Shown: positions 24,718-36,958 of the stretch, in pieces
Layout: every line of letters starts with the position of its first letter
Position numbering within the stretch: position 1 is the stretch's first letter
From: Mobula birostris
Lineage: Eukaryota
DNA length: 64,000 nt
Assembly (NCBI RefSeq): GCF_030028105.1
Contig: NC_092374.1
Location: 175,112,057-175,176,056 of the forward strand
Reading direction: 5' to 3'
Made by a program: the position numbers and the translations under genes
The notes under the pieces: model-generated
The model's database searches: none
Seen by the model: only the letters and a program-made list of their open reading frames with translations
Told to the model about the DNA's origin: nothing

Positions 24718-25190
24718 AGGGGTATAGGGGGCTCTGGATAGAGGTAGTACCGTTGATGTCTGTCATGCTGCTCCCTACCAGACAGGGTGGACGAGCATCA
24801 CCGGTCCTCATCCATCTCCTAAATCTCTCACGTGTTGACTCCAAGCGCCATACCCCAGTAAACCGCTTCAGCTGGCGGGCTAAACCACGTGAGGGGGTGG
24901 TGTTAACACGGCACCACTGGGCGAATGACTTTCATGATGAAGTCACCGGCTGGGGCGGAAAGGTTTTCAGATGAACTATAACGACCACGTGTTCACGACC
25001 AAGGCAAGCCACCTAGTTGGAGGAAATCGGCTGTGATCAAACCTGGAGAGGGATGGGCTCCGCCAGGTTTCAGATGTCCAAGACACGCCGCATGATGAGC
25101 ACACCAAACTGGTGCAAAGCTTGTCGTGACGGCGCCCCGACGGCTCCACCAGGAGTTAAGGGTGGAAGGAAGGAAAGAAGGAAGGAAAGG
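24718..25190 (+). mobile_element. Unclassified non-LTR retroposon with (GGAA)n tail, inserted in CR1
   Basis: Flanked by AAGGGAAT (24710-24717 and 25191-25198). CpG-rich. CR1 sequence resumes afterwards. Confidence 0.55.
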
Positions 25191-26767
25191 AAGGGAATTA
25201 CAGAGACATGAGAGAGGAGTTGGATAGAATTGATTGGAAAAGGACACTGGCAGGGATGACATCAAAGTAGCAATGGCTGGAATTCCTGGAAGCAGCTCAG
25301 AAGGCACAGGATAAATAGTAGTCTAAAAGAAATATGACACAACCACAACTAATAAGAGAAGTCAAAGCCAACATAAAAGCCAAAGAGAGGGCATGAAATA
25401 GAAGGAAGTTACAGGATTGGGAGGCTTTTAACAACCAACAGAGGGCAACTAAAAGGTCATTAAGAAGGTAAAGATGGAATACAAAAATAAGCTAGTCAAT
25501 AATATTAAAGAGGATACCAAAGGTTTCTTCAGATACATGAATTGTAAAAGAGAGGCAAGAGTGGATATCGGACCACTGGAAAATGATGCTGGAGAGGTAG
25601 TAATGGGGGACAAGGAAAGGGTGGATGAACAGAATATGTATTTTGCATCAGTCTTCACTGTGGAAGACATCAGCATTATGCTGGAAATTCCCAGGCATCA
25701 GGGGGCATGAAGTGTGTGAAGTTGCGATAACTAGAGAAAAGGTTTTTAGGAAACTGAAAGGTCTGAAGGTGGTTAAGTCACCTGGACCAGATGGTGTACA
25801 CCGCAGAGTTCTGAAACAGGTGGCCGAAGAGATTGTGGGGGCATTAGTAATGATCTTCCAAGAATCACTAGATTCTGGAATGGTTCTGTAAAACTGGAAA
25901 ATTGCACATCAGTCTACTCTTCAAGAAGGAAAAGAGGCAGAAGAAAGGAAACTACAGACCAGTTAGTTTGACCTCAGTGATTGGGAAGATGTTGAAGTCA
26001 ATTATTAAGGATCAGGTCTCAGGGTACTTGGAGGCACATGATAAAATATGCTATAGTCAGGTTTCTTCAAGGGAAAACCTTGCTTGATAAATCTGTTGGA
26101 ATTCTTTGAAGAAATAACAAGTGGATAGACAAAGAAGAATTGGTTGATGTTTTGTATTTGGATTTTCAGGCCTTTGACAAGGTGCCACACATGAGACTGC
26201 TAATAAGCTATGAGCTCATGGTATTACAGGCAAAAATTTAGCATGGATAAAGCAGTGGCTGATTGGCAGGAGGCAAAGAGTGGGAATAAAGGGAGCCTCT
26301 TCTGGCTGGCTGCCGGTGACTAGTGGTGTTCCACAGGGGTCTGTGTTGGAACTGATTCTTTTCATGTTATATGTCAATGATTTGGATGATGGAATTGATG
26401 GCTTTGTTGCAAAATTTGCAGATGATATGAAGATAGTTAGAGGGCAAGTGGTTTTCAGGGAGTAGAGAGGCTACAGAAGGACTTAGACAGATTAGGAGAA
26501 TGGACAAAGAAATGGCAGATGGAATACAGTGTTGGGAAGTGTATGGTCATGCATTTTTATAGAAGAAATGGAAGGGTTAACTGTTTTCTAAATGGAGAGA
26601 AAATACAAAATACTGAGGTGCAAAAGGATTTGGGAGTCCTTGTGCAAGATTCCTGAAAGGTTAATTTGCAGATTGATTCTGCGGTGAGGAAAGCAAATGC
26701 AATGTTAGCATTCATTTCAAGAGGACTAGAATATCATAGAAGGATGTAATGTTGAGACTTTATAAAG

Positions 26768-27536
26768 CAGGGGTCCCCAACCTTTTTTGCACTGCGGACC
26801 GGACTAATATTGACAATATTCTTGCAGACCGGCCGACCCGGGGGGGGGGGGGGCGCGGGGTGTGTTCAAGTAGGGTTAAGCTCACCTCAACATGTCTTTT
26901 ACAGTTAGGGTTGCCAACTTTCTCACTCCCAAATAAGAAACAAAAGTAGCAGTCAAATCCCGGGTCACGCTACCCCAAGAAAGACTACCATGACCATGAA
27001 GCCTTGCGTGGGCACCTGTGTGCGCATGCGTGACGTGTGCATTTGATGTGCGCATGTGTGTACGTGCCGATTTTTTCCCCCCACAAATCGGTTTTGCCTT
27101 CATCTTCCCGACGATACTCTACATACGTTATTTCTACTTTATATTGGCTGCATATTTATCATATAATTCCTGCTTTTACTATTTGTTAGTGTTATTTATT
27201 TTCCGTTTTATGCGTTATTTGGTATGATCTGGTAATTTTGTGGGTCTGGGAACGCTCAAAAATTTTTCCCATATAAATTAATGGTAATTGCTTCTTCGCT
27301 TTGCGCCATTTTGGCACAAAAGGTTTCATAGGAATGTTCTACCTTAGCGGGGGAAATACGGGACAAACAAATTTAGCCCCATATACAGAATGCTCCGGGA
27401 AATATGGGACAGTTGGCAACCCTATGTTCAAGTTAAACAGTGCGTGACAGGGAATGAGGAAAGGTGCAGCTGACTCATATTGTTTCCTCATGGCCTGGTA
27501 GCACATACTTTGCGGCCAGTTGGTTGGGGACCGCTG
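26768..27536. mobile_element. Non-autonomous hAT (Charlie-like) element
   Basis: TIRs CAGGGGTCCCCAACC / GGTTGGGGACCGCTG, 8-bp TSD TTATAAAG (26760-26767, 27537-27544). Confidence 0.9.
26871..27424. mobile_element. Second non-autonomous hAT-type element nested within the first
   Basis: Ends TAGGGTT...GTTGGCAACCCTA (internal TAGGGTTGCCAAC at ~26906), 8-bp TSD TGTTCAAG (26863-26870, 27425-27432). Confidence 0.8.
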
Positions 27537-27726
27537 TTATAAAGCACTGGTGAGGCCTCACTTGGAGCATTATGAGCAGCTTTGGGCTCTTAGAAAGGAT
27601 GAGCTGAAACTGGAGAGGGTTCAGAGGAGGGTCACGAAAATGATTCCAGGATTGAATGGCTTGTCATATGAAGAGTGTTTGATGGCTCTGGGCCTGTATT
27701 CACTAGAATTCAGAACAATGAAGAGT

Positions 27727-30700
27727 TAGTCTGTAAGCCAATAGGGTTGGTCGGTATGATCTGAGGGGAATAATGCTCATAGTGATTTTTGGCAAGGTAT
27801 ACGTCTCTAGAGTTAGAAAATATGTGATAGCATTGCACCAGTGGTAGCTTTATGTGTGCTCTCATGCATTTTATAACACTACCCTACAATAAGCATTTCT
27901 GAAAAGTGGCCAATATAAAGTACAACATATATATTCAACCTAGTGGTATTTTGTCATCAGTGATCCCTCAACATTGAAATTTGTCACAATGATAGCTGAG
28001 TTCAAGCACTTTTCATCAAATGTTGTTATAAACTTTTACATTGAAAACTATGTCATTGGTGGCACTCACAGTACAGTGCCCAATTTCAATTTCATTTTTA
28101 GAAAAATATTTGTCTGTTGTTTATTTTGGAAAAAGTCAATAAAAACCTTCGGACACATATTATCTCTTGGATTTGTAGAGAATTTATTCAGGAATTCAAA
28201 GAAGTTATCACCCTGTGTATATATTCCATATTAACATCAGTACAGCAGAAAATGTTACCCCCCGCCCACCAAAAGGTAAAAAAACCTCATTTGGAGAGAT
28301 TTCTGGAGTTTTATTAATGTCATGATATTTTCCATATTGTTGTATCAAATCAAAACAATCTTAAGCTTTTGTCATAGCATATAGAATTACAGTACACTAA
28401 TTGAAATGTGGGGTTCCACACGGCCATAATCTAGGCCCCATTTGGTTGTAAAATGAATATATTTAATCAAAGACTGCTTTCCATACTTTCATAACCTACT
28501 AATAATCATAATACTTTTCCAAGTCTTCCACGTCTTCCACATCTTCATCTGAACTTTCCACACACTCTGAGGTGGATGCCTGGTTCTCACAGTCTGCCAG
28601 TCTACACATGTCAGTACACCTGAGGCCATTTGCAACACACATACATCTTGGGAGTGAACATTTTTCTGGACAGTTACAGGCCAGTAGATCCAGGACGGCA
28701 TCGGGTGCTGGCTGGCCTTCCATCTAGTGCACCACCAACTGTTCAGCTTCCTCTTCTCTCTCCATCTTCCATCTTCTGCCAACAGGGCTTGGCACTTATG
28801 GGTCCTTCTCCAAACATCTTCTCCATATACCAGCCTGGTAGTTGGCTCGCTGTGCATGTTTTGTTAAGCAGCCCTTGCATGGTGGGAGTTGATGACTTTC
28901 GATTTCACCTTTTTTGGCACAGAAAAGGTGATACCCAAGCTCATTGACCTTGATGGTCGATGCTTTTGGGGCATACAGGAGACATGTAAAAGCCTCCAGT
29001 TTGTCCATCAGTCCTGGGGAGAGGTCCCATTCCTGACCCAACTCTAAGAATGTGTCTTGAGTTTTCCTGTTGCCGTCAGAAGCTTTAGGGCACTTGTCTT
29101 CCCCTTGCCTGCAAAAGTGCTTACAGTGTCACATCCTGTATATGTGTGCAACCCGATGAGAGCCCTACAAATCTCTTTGCCAACAGTGGCAGCAACCTTC
29201 CTGATGTCTACAGGGATTGTACGGGTTCTAGTGACACACTTCTGGAACAACGGAGCTTCAATCTTGTCACAAAATGCTAAAGACATGATAAAGACATCTG
29301 TGTCTTCTAAGCAGATCACTACAGACTGGTATCCCTCTCTTGTGGCATTGGCAGCATGGAGAATTAGGTGGCCATCTGCTTCTTCTTGTTGACACTGAAG
29401 AGCTGACACCTCCTCACCGTCTTGAGATGTGATTCTGTAACATTTGTCATTCACAGTTGCATACAGAATCTTCTCCTGTAGCTTTGCTCTGTACTCCACC
29501 TTCCTCCATTCATGGACTATGAAGCTAATGAGACTATTTTTGTTACTGACTTTGGTCAGGAAGCTCCTCCACTGCCTCACCATCTGTGTTCCTGTGATAC
29601 TTTGCAACCAATGACCAGTCTCTTCACCCCGTAGAGATCTTTCACTATTCTTGATAGAATTCTCCTTGTATGTGTCGAGCACAACCTCTATTCTGCTACT
29701 CTGACTGCCTTCCCTCAGAGCCATGCCCAGAATTGTTGTGGCAACATCTCTGAAAGTAACTCGATCACCTTTTACTTTTTGGACCAAGTTCATTCTATCA
29801 ACCACTGTAGCAGAGTTTCTTGGGAGTTGCTCTTCTACTGCTACATTTTTCTGCAAGGTTGTGGCTAAAGTAGCTTTATTTGTCTTTCTCAGCAATCCTT
29901 CTGGTGTGGACAGGGCCCAGGACAATGGTCCAAGGGGATGAGAAAGGATATCCTCCATATGTAGACTGTGCCCCTGTGCCATTGCTATGATGCGTCCAGA
30001 CAAAGACCTGTCTGCATTCAAGATGATCGCCCTCCCATTTGATTTCACTTCTCTCTTCTTACACATATCACTGAATCTTTTCAGCTTGTTGGTTTTCACT
30101 GGGTCATGGAATTTTTTTGCTGGTGGGCCTTCCTCTAGTCTCTCATCCTTGAAGGTTGCATAGCATTGCTCACCAATCTCATATGCCTTCATCAGGTCGA
30201 AGACAATGTCCTTGGGGGCTGCCTTTGCTGTAGGGATGCTAATGAGGTCCCGCTTCTCTGCAAATGGGTTGACCATTCATGTATGAGGCTAACCTCTGCT
30301 GAAACTGCTTCCTCATCTTTCTGGATTCTTGGCCGCTGTAGCTCTGCATGACAAAGCTCTGATTGGACTTTGCAGCAGATTGTTCAACTTCTGTTGTTTC
30401 AAGTCACTGGCCATGTTGTTCACATGGACTAAGAATGATTTGGTTATCCCACTCCCCTCTGGAACATTGTCCTCAACCCATGGTGTGAACTCTGCCCATG
30501 CGAGTCTCATCAGTGCTTCATAAATGTTCTTGTGGACCCTGACAGCACTATTGTAGTGTTTACCATCAAGGACTCCATTGATGGACCCTCTGTGACAATT
30601 CCAGCCTCTATGCATACGTCCTTTAGAGCAGCATCCCAAAATTACTTTCCAAGGATGGCTAAGGCATTACATATGGTATGGAATGTCCCCATCCTGAGAA

Positions 30701-32624
30701 GAATGTTGGAGAAGCGCTCTTTGTGCTTCCAGGCAATTTCAGTGGCTTTTGCATAGAGTGCTTTATCCATGACTACTACAATTGTCTCTAGATGAAGTTC
30801 CTTCCTGATTAGCTCTGACTGGTTCAGGATTTCAAATACTGTGGTCAACTCTGTGGCTGGTGAATTGATGGTTGGCAGATACCCAACAATATCTTGTGAG
30901 ATTGGTTCTTGGTCCCTGGTGCAGATATTAAAACCAGTCCAGCTTGGGATTGTCAGATTCTCTGGATCTGTTTGCCTTGCAAGTCTCCACACCAAGTTCT
31001 TCTTGCAGGCAAGAAGAGCAGCTTCCTTGGTTTCCTGAGAGAGGCTGTGGGCCCACATGTGCACCTGCTACATATACTTCCAGTTCTTAGTCCTCAATGG
31101 TGACTGATCTCTGCTTCAGTTTCTCATTGTGTGGAAGCTCAGCTCTTGGCAGATGTGGTCCATAGACATTGGCCTGTACCACTATGCCATTGCCTCTATG
31201 TGATGTACCCTTTCCTGTGAGAGTTTCCTCAAGTCTATAGATATTGTCCCATGCAAGATTGGTGAAGACATGAGGCTTGATGGAGGCTGGAAGTACAACT
31301 CTCTGGTTGGAGGCTGTTGCTAGCTTTTGGAGACACAGAGCAGTGTTGTTCTCTTCAAGTTGGGTGTAAGACACCCCATGCCCAAGCCTGTTCAGTATCT
31401 GGATGAGCTCAGTGTTACCCGTCAATGTTTTTACCGCATAAGGGAGTAGAAGGTGCTTTGGTGGTTTATGTTGACCACATGTCACAGCATATATTATGTC
31501 CTGACTAAGTGACTGAACCACAGCAGTGACTCTATGTGTTTGAGTCTCGATGTGAGGATTTCCAGTGAGCAGTCCAACAAGAAGCCATTCTAGTTGATCT
31601 GGTATGGAGGTATGAGCACTATCTTTCACATCAGATGGATGGAATGGCCAGGGAGTCACAGTCACCTCCTGTCTAATGATTGATCTGATATGTGATGAAG
31701 CCTGATCTATGATCTTGTCAAAATTGGTTGCCTTGGCCCTCCAAATTTTGAGTTCCCTCTGTACAGTTTGATTTTCCAAGACAACGTCCCTTAATGATAC
31801 ACTTTCAGGAACCATTAACAATTTTCCTTTGTCATCTGGAAATATATCTACTGAATTGCCCAGCTCAGATTCCAGTTTCCTATGAATGTGCCTCCTTGTA
31901 GAATCTTGCAGGAGTGTAACTCCACCAGGTAGCATGAAAGATTCAAGTTTCATGACCAAAAAAGTGACTCGTACAGTCATCTTGTTGGGTATGATATCAG
32001 TTCCGATATACTTGAAAGGTCTTTATAGGCTTTGCTTTCAATCCTTTTATACAGTTCATCACCATCTGTTTCATCATCATTCTCCTTGTACTCAGGTTCC
32101 TTTTCCTTGATTCTGGTATAATCCTTATAGCATGAAACATGATAGTGGGCCTCTGCAGCAACTATGTCTCTGCTTGTTACTGCTAGAATCTTTTCATCTT
32201 CCTTTTGGGTTGCACATTCTCGTAGTGTTTGATCAGCTCTGAGTTGTACAGCTTGTGTAAGCTTTTCACGTGACTTGGAGCCCTTCAGGAATTTCACCTT
32301 ATTACAAAAAATGCAGATTTGATCATACAACCTTGCTTCTGATGAAGATCTCCTACTTGGACTTTTTGATGTACTGGTATTCTCACCAGCTTTATCAGTA
32401 ATGCTTTCCTTTTCAGAGTCTCTAAGTCTCTCTTCATGGTGAAGAGGCTTCGGCATTTTTGGTGATAGTAGACTCCTGGGACACACAGAAAGATACCACC
32501 GCTGCAATGCTATCACATAATTTTTTTAGCACTAGGGGTGTATACCTTGCCAAAAATCGCTATAAGAATTATTCCCCCCAGGTGGTACTGATGGCTCAAA
32601 TTTGGGGTCCTGGCTCACAGACTA
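27727..32624 (-). mobile_element. AcademX DNA transposon (transposase, XPG/PIN-like nuclease, Cys-rich tail), frameshifted and probably internally deleted
   Basis: TAGTCTG...CAGACTA termini, ~140-bp imperfect TIRs, 3-bp TSD AGT. ORF pieces: DKALYAK..LRMGTFH..GKHYN (transposase); EEADG, EDTDV, GCDTVS.F.GKGK (XPG-like); CNCPEKCSLPRCMCVANGLRCTDMC. Confidence 0.88.
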
Positions 32625-33074
32625 AGTGGCCTCATTGAAACCTATCAAATGGTGAAACGCCTTGATAGAGAGGATGTGAAGAAGATGTTTTCTCTGGTAG
32701 GAGAGACTAGCGGACACAGCCTCAGAATAGAGGGGTGTCCATTTAGAATGGAGATGAGGAGGAATTTCTTTAGCAAGGAAGTGGCTATTTTGTGGAATTC
32801 TTTGCCACAGGCAGCTATGGAGGCCTAGTCATTATGCATATTTAAGGCAGAGGTTGATAAATTCTTTATTGGTCCAGGCATGAAGGGATATGGGGAGAAG
32901 GCAAGAGATTTGGGCTGAGAGGAAAATTGGATTAGCCATGATAAATTTGGCAGAGCTGACTCGATGGGCCAAATGGACTAATTCTGCTCCTATATCTATG
33001 GTCTTATATGAGGAGTTCTGTATCAGGATGGGATCTGAAGCTGGAAACAGTTTGAATGAATTTTTGAGCCATCT

Positions 33075-34031
33075 ATACAGATGATTGAAGAGGATGTTAA
33101 AGTAGAATCTGAATAAAACTCAGGAGACCAGTTTCTTATAGTTACATCAGTTTATTGCGCACCCTCCTGCAGGAGTTTGAGACTCAGTTGTCAGAGGGAA
33201 GGCACGTAAGTACTGCCAGCATCCGACAAGTGGGCCTACTTAGTCAGGTTACAGCCGTATATTTATACATAGTAAGCCCCATACATATGTGTTAGCGTGT
33301 GGCCAAGTGGTTAAGGCGTTGGTCTAGTGATCTGAAGGTCGCTAGTTCGAGCCTCAGCTGAGGCAGCGTGTTGTGTCCTTGAGCAAGGTACTTAACCGCA
33401 CATTGCTCTGCGACGACACTGGTGCCAAACTGTATCGGCCCTTTTCCTTCCCTTGGACAACATCGGTGGCGTGGAGAGGGGAGACTTGCAGCATGGGCAA
33501 CTGCCGGTCTTCCATACAACCTTGCCCAGGCCTGCACCTGGAAACCTTCCAAGGCGCAAATCCATGAGTCTCACAAGACTAACAGATGCCTATTATACAT
33601 TACTGTTGCAAGAAGTTATTTGAACTGGTACGCCCACGAAGTCTATTGGTGCAAAACTTAATTACATAGATAAGAGGATCTGCTAAATCAATGTTTAATT
33701 ACAGATGGATGTACTGTCCAATCTTAATTAGTTATTCCCTTTGCTAGGCCCTGACTTAATTACAGATGGATGTTCATTCCTGTCCTTATCGGTGAGTCCT
33801 CCTCCTCCTACTCAAACGAGGGTACAATGTACAATGTTATCAAACTCTCAATGTCTCTCTGCAAACCAAAGGAGAACTAATATAAGCTGGTTTTTAGCTA
33901 ACTGCTGAAAACAGAGTTTACTTCAGTTCAAAAATTCCTATCCAGTCCCAATTATTCTTTTAGCCAGAGGTTACATAGGTTCAAAATGATTTTTTTTATA
34001 TCCTCAATTCCTCAAGGAAGGGTATAAGACA
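33075..34031 (-). mobile_element. Possible solo LTR (ERV-like) interrupted by a SINE
   Basis: TG/CA-type ends (tgttaaag...ataagaca), minus-strand polyA signal (tttattg). No TSD confirmed. Confidence 0.3.
33290..33590 (+). mobile_element. tRNA-derived SINE
   Basis: A box TGGCCAAGTGG, B-box-like GTTCGAGCC, then tgtgtccttgagcaaggtacttaacc. The same head occurs reversed at ~41450-41560, and the body is shared with ~50940-51130. Confidence 0.8.
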
Positions 34032-34440
34032 TGCAGAGTGCTACTTTTCCAATTGCTGGGATGATAGGAATGCTGAGTGTTTGCTATTTAATATCCGTGA
34101 GTCTTTCACCCCACCAGTTCTCTCTCTGTTGATATCCTAGGGAGTGGAGCTGTGTGATCTCTGTCCCTTTAACATCCTTTCTATAATTATTCACACACTG
34201 ACTCAAAGCTGGGTTATCAAGATCCTGTGTCACCCCTGTCTGTGGGCCCTGAGTAGGGGCTGTGACCGCAGACCACAGGCTCACTAACGTGTGTGGACAG
34301 GGGTTTGCCACTGTTGGGGAGGCGTGTTAAGTGTTGGGCCAGACTCTCCTCTAGCAAGGTTAGCTTAGTGAATGAACTGTCACTGTATGTCCATTGTATG
34401 TTTCACTGCGAGCTTTCACCCCTCTCTTGTCCCTCCCTAG

Positions 34441-34586
34441 AACCTGAGGTACCCGAGGAAGTCTCTGGCCTAGGAACCGTGATCTGTGCACTGGGACTCT
34501 CCCTGGGAATCATCAGTGCCGTGGTCGGATTCATCCTACTGATCAAAGAGAGGCAGCGTCTGCAGGCTCAGCAGCAGGGCATCTAG
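34441..34586 (+). CDS. mhc2a: MHC class II alpha exon 4 (connecting peptide, TM, cytoplasmic tail, stop)
   Basis: Polypyrimidine acceptor ccctccctAG|AA. Reads EPEVPEEVSGLGTVICALGLSLGIISAVVGFILLIKERQRLQAQQQGI*, with the class II alpha TM CALGLxxGxxxxxxG pattern. TAG at 34584-34586. Confidence 0.93.
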
Positions 34587-35354
34587 GGGTGAGTGTTGGG
34601 CCCAGTGAGGACTCTCAGTCTGTGTCTGGGATCCTGGCCTTGGAAGAAATCCTCAGTCAGAGAACTCCATAGGAGCCATGTAACTATTTTCTCTCTGTCT
34701 GCATTGTATTTTGTGTTGTGCATTTTTATTATGGGTTACGACAATTTGTCACGTGGATTGGGACGTGATAGAAGAATATGAGTATAATTACATATTCACA
34801 CTTTGTGTCATTAATTTTAGTTAGAGAGAGAATTAGTTGGGGACATGGATATTTTTTGTTGACTGCTAACTTTACTTATTTGGCTTGTTCCGCTTATTTC
34901 ACTATCACTATTGTTACTTTTTTATCACTAGATAAGATCATACATCTTTGCTGGTTTTGTAATAAAGGATGGAACATACGTTTTTCAACGGAACTCAATT
35001 ATTTGGGAGCATATCACAGTGTCGAATCCCTCACTCAGTCTCTCAGCGGTTTTGGCTTGTTTTTCAAGTAACTACTACATTTTGTCAACAAAGAAATGAA
35101 CGCCACTCTACAGTGAAGGATTGCCGCAGACCCGTTGGTGAAACTGGAGCAGCTTGTGGTAGGATTATCTGCGACCTTTTGTTGATTCATACTGTGTTCA
35201 AACATTTATAAAGGCTTCTGAAAACAGTGTTGAAGGAAAGACTGACAGCCAAAGTGACTGCCTCTGTTTCCTTGACCAGTAAATTAGGGGTTGCCCTAGA
35301 GAACTTGTCAGAAGTTACCAGCATGACACCGCTAAGAAAGGATATGTTACAGCT

Positions 35355-35530
35355 ACACACATCAAAGTTGCTGGTGAACGCAGCAGGCCAGGCAGCATCT
35401 GTAGGAAGAGGTGCAGTCGACGTTTCAGGCCGAGACCCTTCGTTACCTGCTGCGTTCACCAGCAACTTTGATGTGTGTTGCTTGAATTTCCAGCATCTGC
35501 AGAATTCCTGTTGTATATGTTACAGCTAAA
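35355..35530. repeat. Inverted pair of Penelope terminal repeats (33-bp perfect stem)
   Basis: 35355-35387 is the exact reverse complement of 35446-35478. Confidence 0.9.
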
Positions 35531-36099
35531 GTTTTACTACAGAGACATTTGGTAATGAACAAAATTACATCTGCCCATATGCAAAAGCCTCTTTCTTTGG
35601 TGCAAAATCTGAAAACATAAAGGCTCTTCAAGACTACAGTCTTTTTCTTAAGAGGCTGTTGCAGTGCTATGAAAGAAGTGCAGTACATGTGTTGGATAGA
35701 CATGCTTGCAGTAACTGTCTCAGAGACATGTTTTATTGAGATGTTTATTTTACATGTTTTTGTCATAAATTCATGATTATTTCATCAGCTTAAAATATTG
35801 TCTGATTAAGAATTTTGTGTTTTTTATGTAAGGTTTTATTTAATGTAGAGTTTAACAGGTCATATGACCAGAGTTTAATGGGTTACATGACTAGAGTTTA
35901 CTAAAAACATGACTGTGGTATTATGGGTCAGAACAAATATGGAAGCAGAGAAAGACACATGGCCCTAAAATAACCTTATTCTGCATGTGGTCCAAGAGGC
36001 GCACACAGTAATTGTTTTTGTTTATATTGTGTATAATATTGTTGATGTGCCTTTACATGTTCAGTGTGATATGTTTTTAGTGATTTTATTTGATTTCAG

Positions 36100-36270
36100 C
36101 ACATTTCTGTTGTGCTGATGTGTTTTGGGACTGTTTATCGATGGACACTAGCTTGAGAGACTTTAAAGGACTGAGAGATGTATGTTTCGAACTTTTTATG
36201 TCCTTTATTTTCTTGTAGTTTTCACCGTGTCTACTGAAGAAAGAGAGACAGAAATAAAAATAAATCTTCA
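36100..36270 (+). other. Possible non-coding 3'UTR exon 5 / polyadenylation region of the MHC IIA gene
   Basis: Donor GTGAGT at 34589, 2 nt after the stop. Candidate acceptor ttttatttgatttcAG ends at 36099. Tandem AATAAA at 36253-36258 and 36259-36264. No transcript evidence. Confidence 0.3.
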
Positions 36271-36347
36271 AGGATATCTGTATGTTGCATGGCCATTATT
36301 TCATTGGACCGGTGCAGTTACACCTGCCAAAATATCCATATAACATA

Positions 36348-36958
36348 TGTAACGCTCAGTTATATTGGCTCGTATATGTCCAGGGGAAATCCCACCCAGC
36401 ACCTGCCTCAACGCTTCCCACTGAGTCGGCTGCCGCCCGAATCAATCCCAAACATCAATCATCAGCCAGCACACCCAGTACGTTTTACCAAGTACACTTT
36501 ATAGATATTACTAATTCTATGATATTAATATAAATTCCATACAGAAAAAGGAAGTAATGAAAAAAAAGGCACCAAGACTTATCAAAGTCCAAGTTCTTCG
36601 CGTGCAACTGTTGGAGCTCAGTCGATTCCTGACAACCACCCAAATACTGTTGACTTACGGCTTGGGACCACCCGGAGTGATCGACCGGAGCCTCTCCGCA
36701 CGTCCTCCGTCCTCCCCGTCTCTCCTCCGACTCCCCGCCAAAACCCCATCCACAGTCATATGATACAGCATTGTATCCGAAAACAAAATGATACATGACC
36801 ACCCATTGGTTAATAGCACCCTGCTGTCTGTATTAACCCAAGCAAATATCTAGCTAGAGACTTTCTCAGCATTTAACATAACAAAGAAGCATTCCCCAGT
36901 ATAACATAACAAAGAAGCCATTTTAAATTTAACATAAAAAAAAGACAGACCCTGTACA
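36348..36958. mobile_element. Solo LTR (611 bp) inserted in a CR1 tail
   Basis: TGTAAC...GTACA with 4-bp TSD CATA (36344-36347, 36959-36962). Confidence 0.75.

Larger units (their letters stand above)
22640..33020 (+). mobile_element. Near full-length degenerate CR1 LINE in intron 3, split by three nested insertions
   Basis: 5'UTR, ORF1 (ILVHVGTNDMD), APE (YLNAGSIQNK..GITESWL), RT ([13 protein letters not shown]). The reading FRTMK|SGLIETYQ rejoins across the Academ element and LRLYK|ALVRPHLE rejoins across the hAT element. Confidence 0.9.
17929..34588 (+). pseudogene. mhc2a: MHC class II alpha chain gene (exons 2-4), frameshifted in exon 3 as assembled (null allele, pseudogene or assembly error)
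   Basis: Three phase-1/phase-1 GT-AG exons join into an alpha1-alpha2-TM/cyt protein closely resembling the nurse shark class II alpha as I recall it (C-terminus ...LLIKERQRLQAQQ(H/Q)GI). One 1-nt deletion at ~19656. Leader exon not found. Confidence 0.85.

Noticed and set aside
31920-31935. CCACCAGGTAGCA as a second CTCF site
   Set aside because: Mismatch at a key G, and it lies inside Academ coding sequence.
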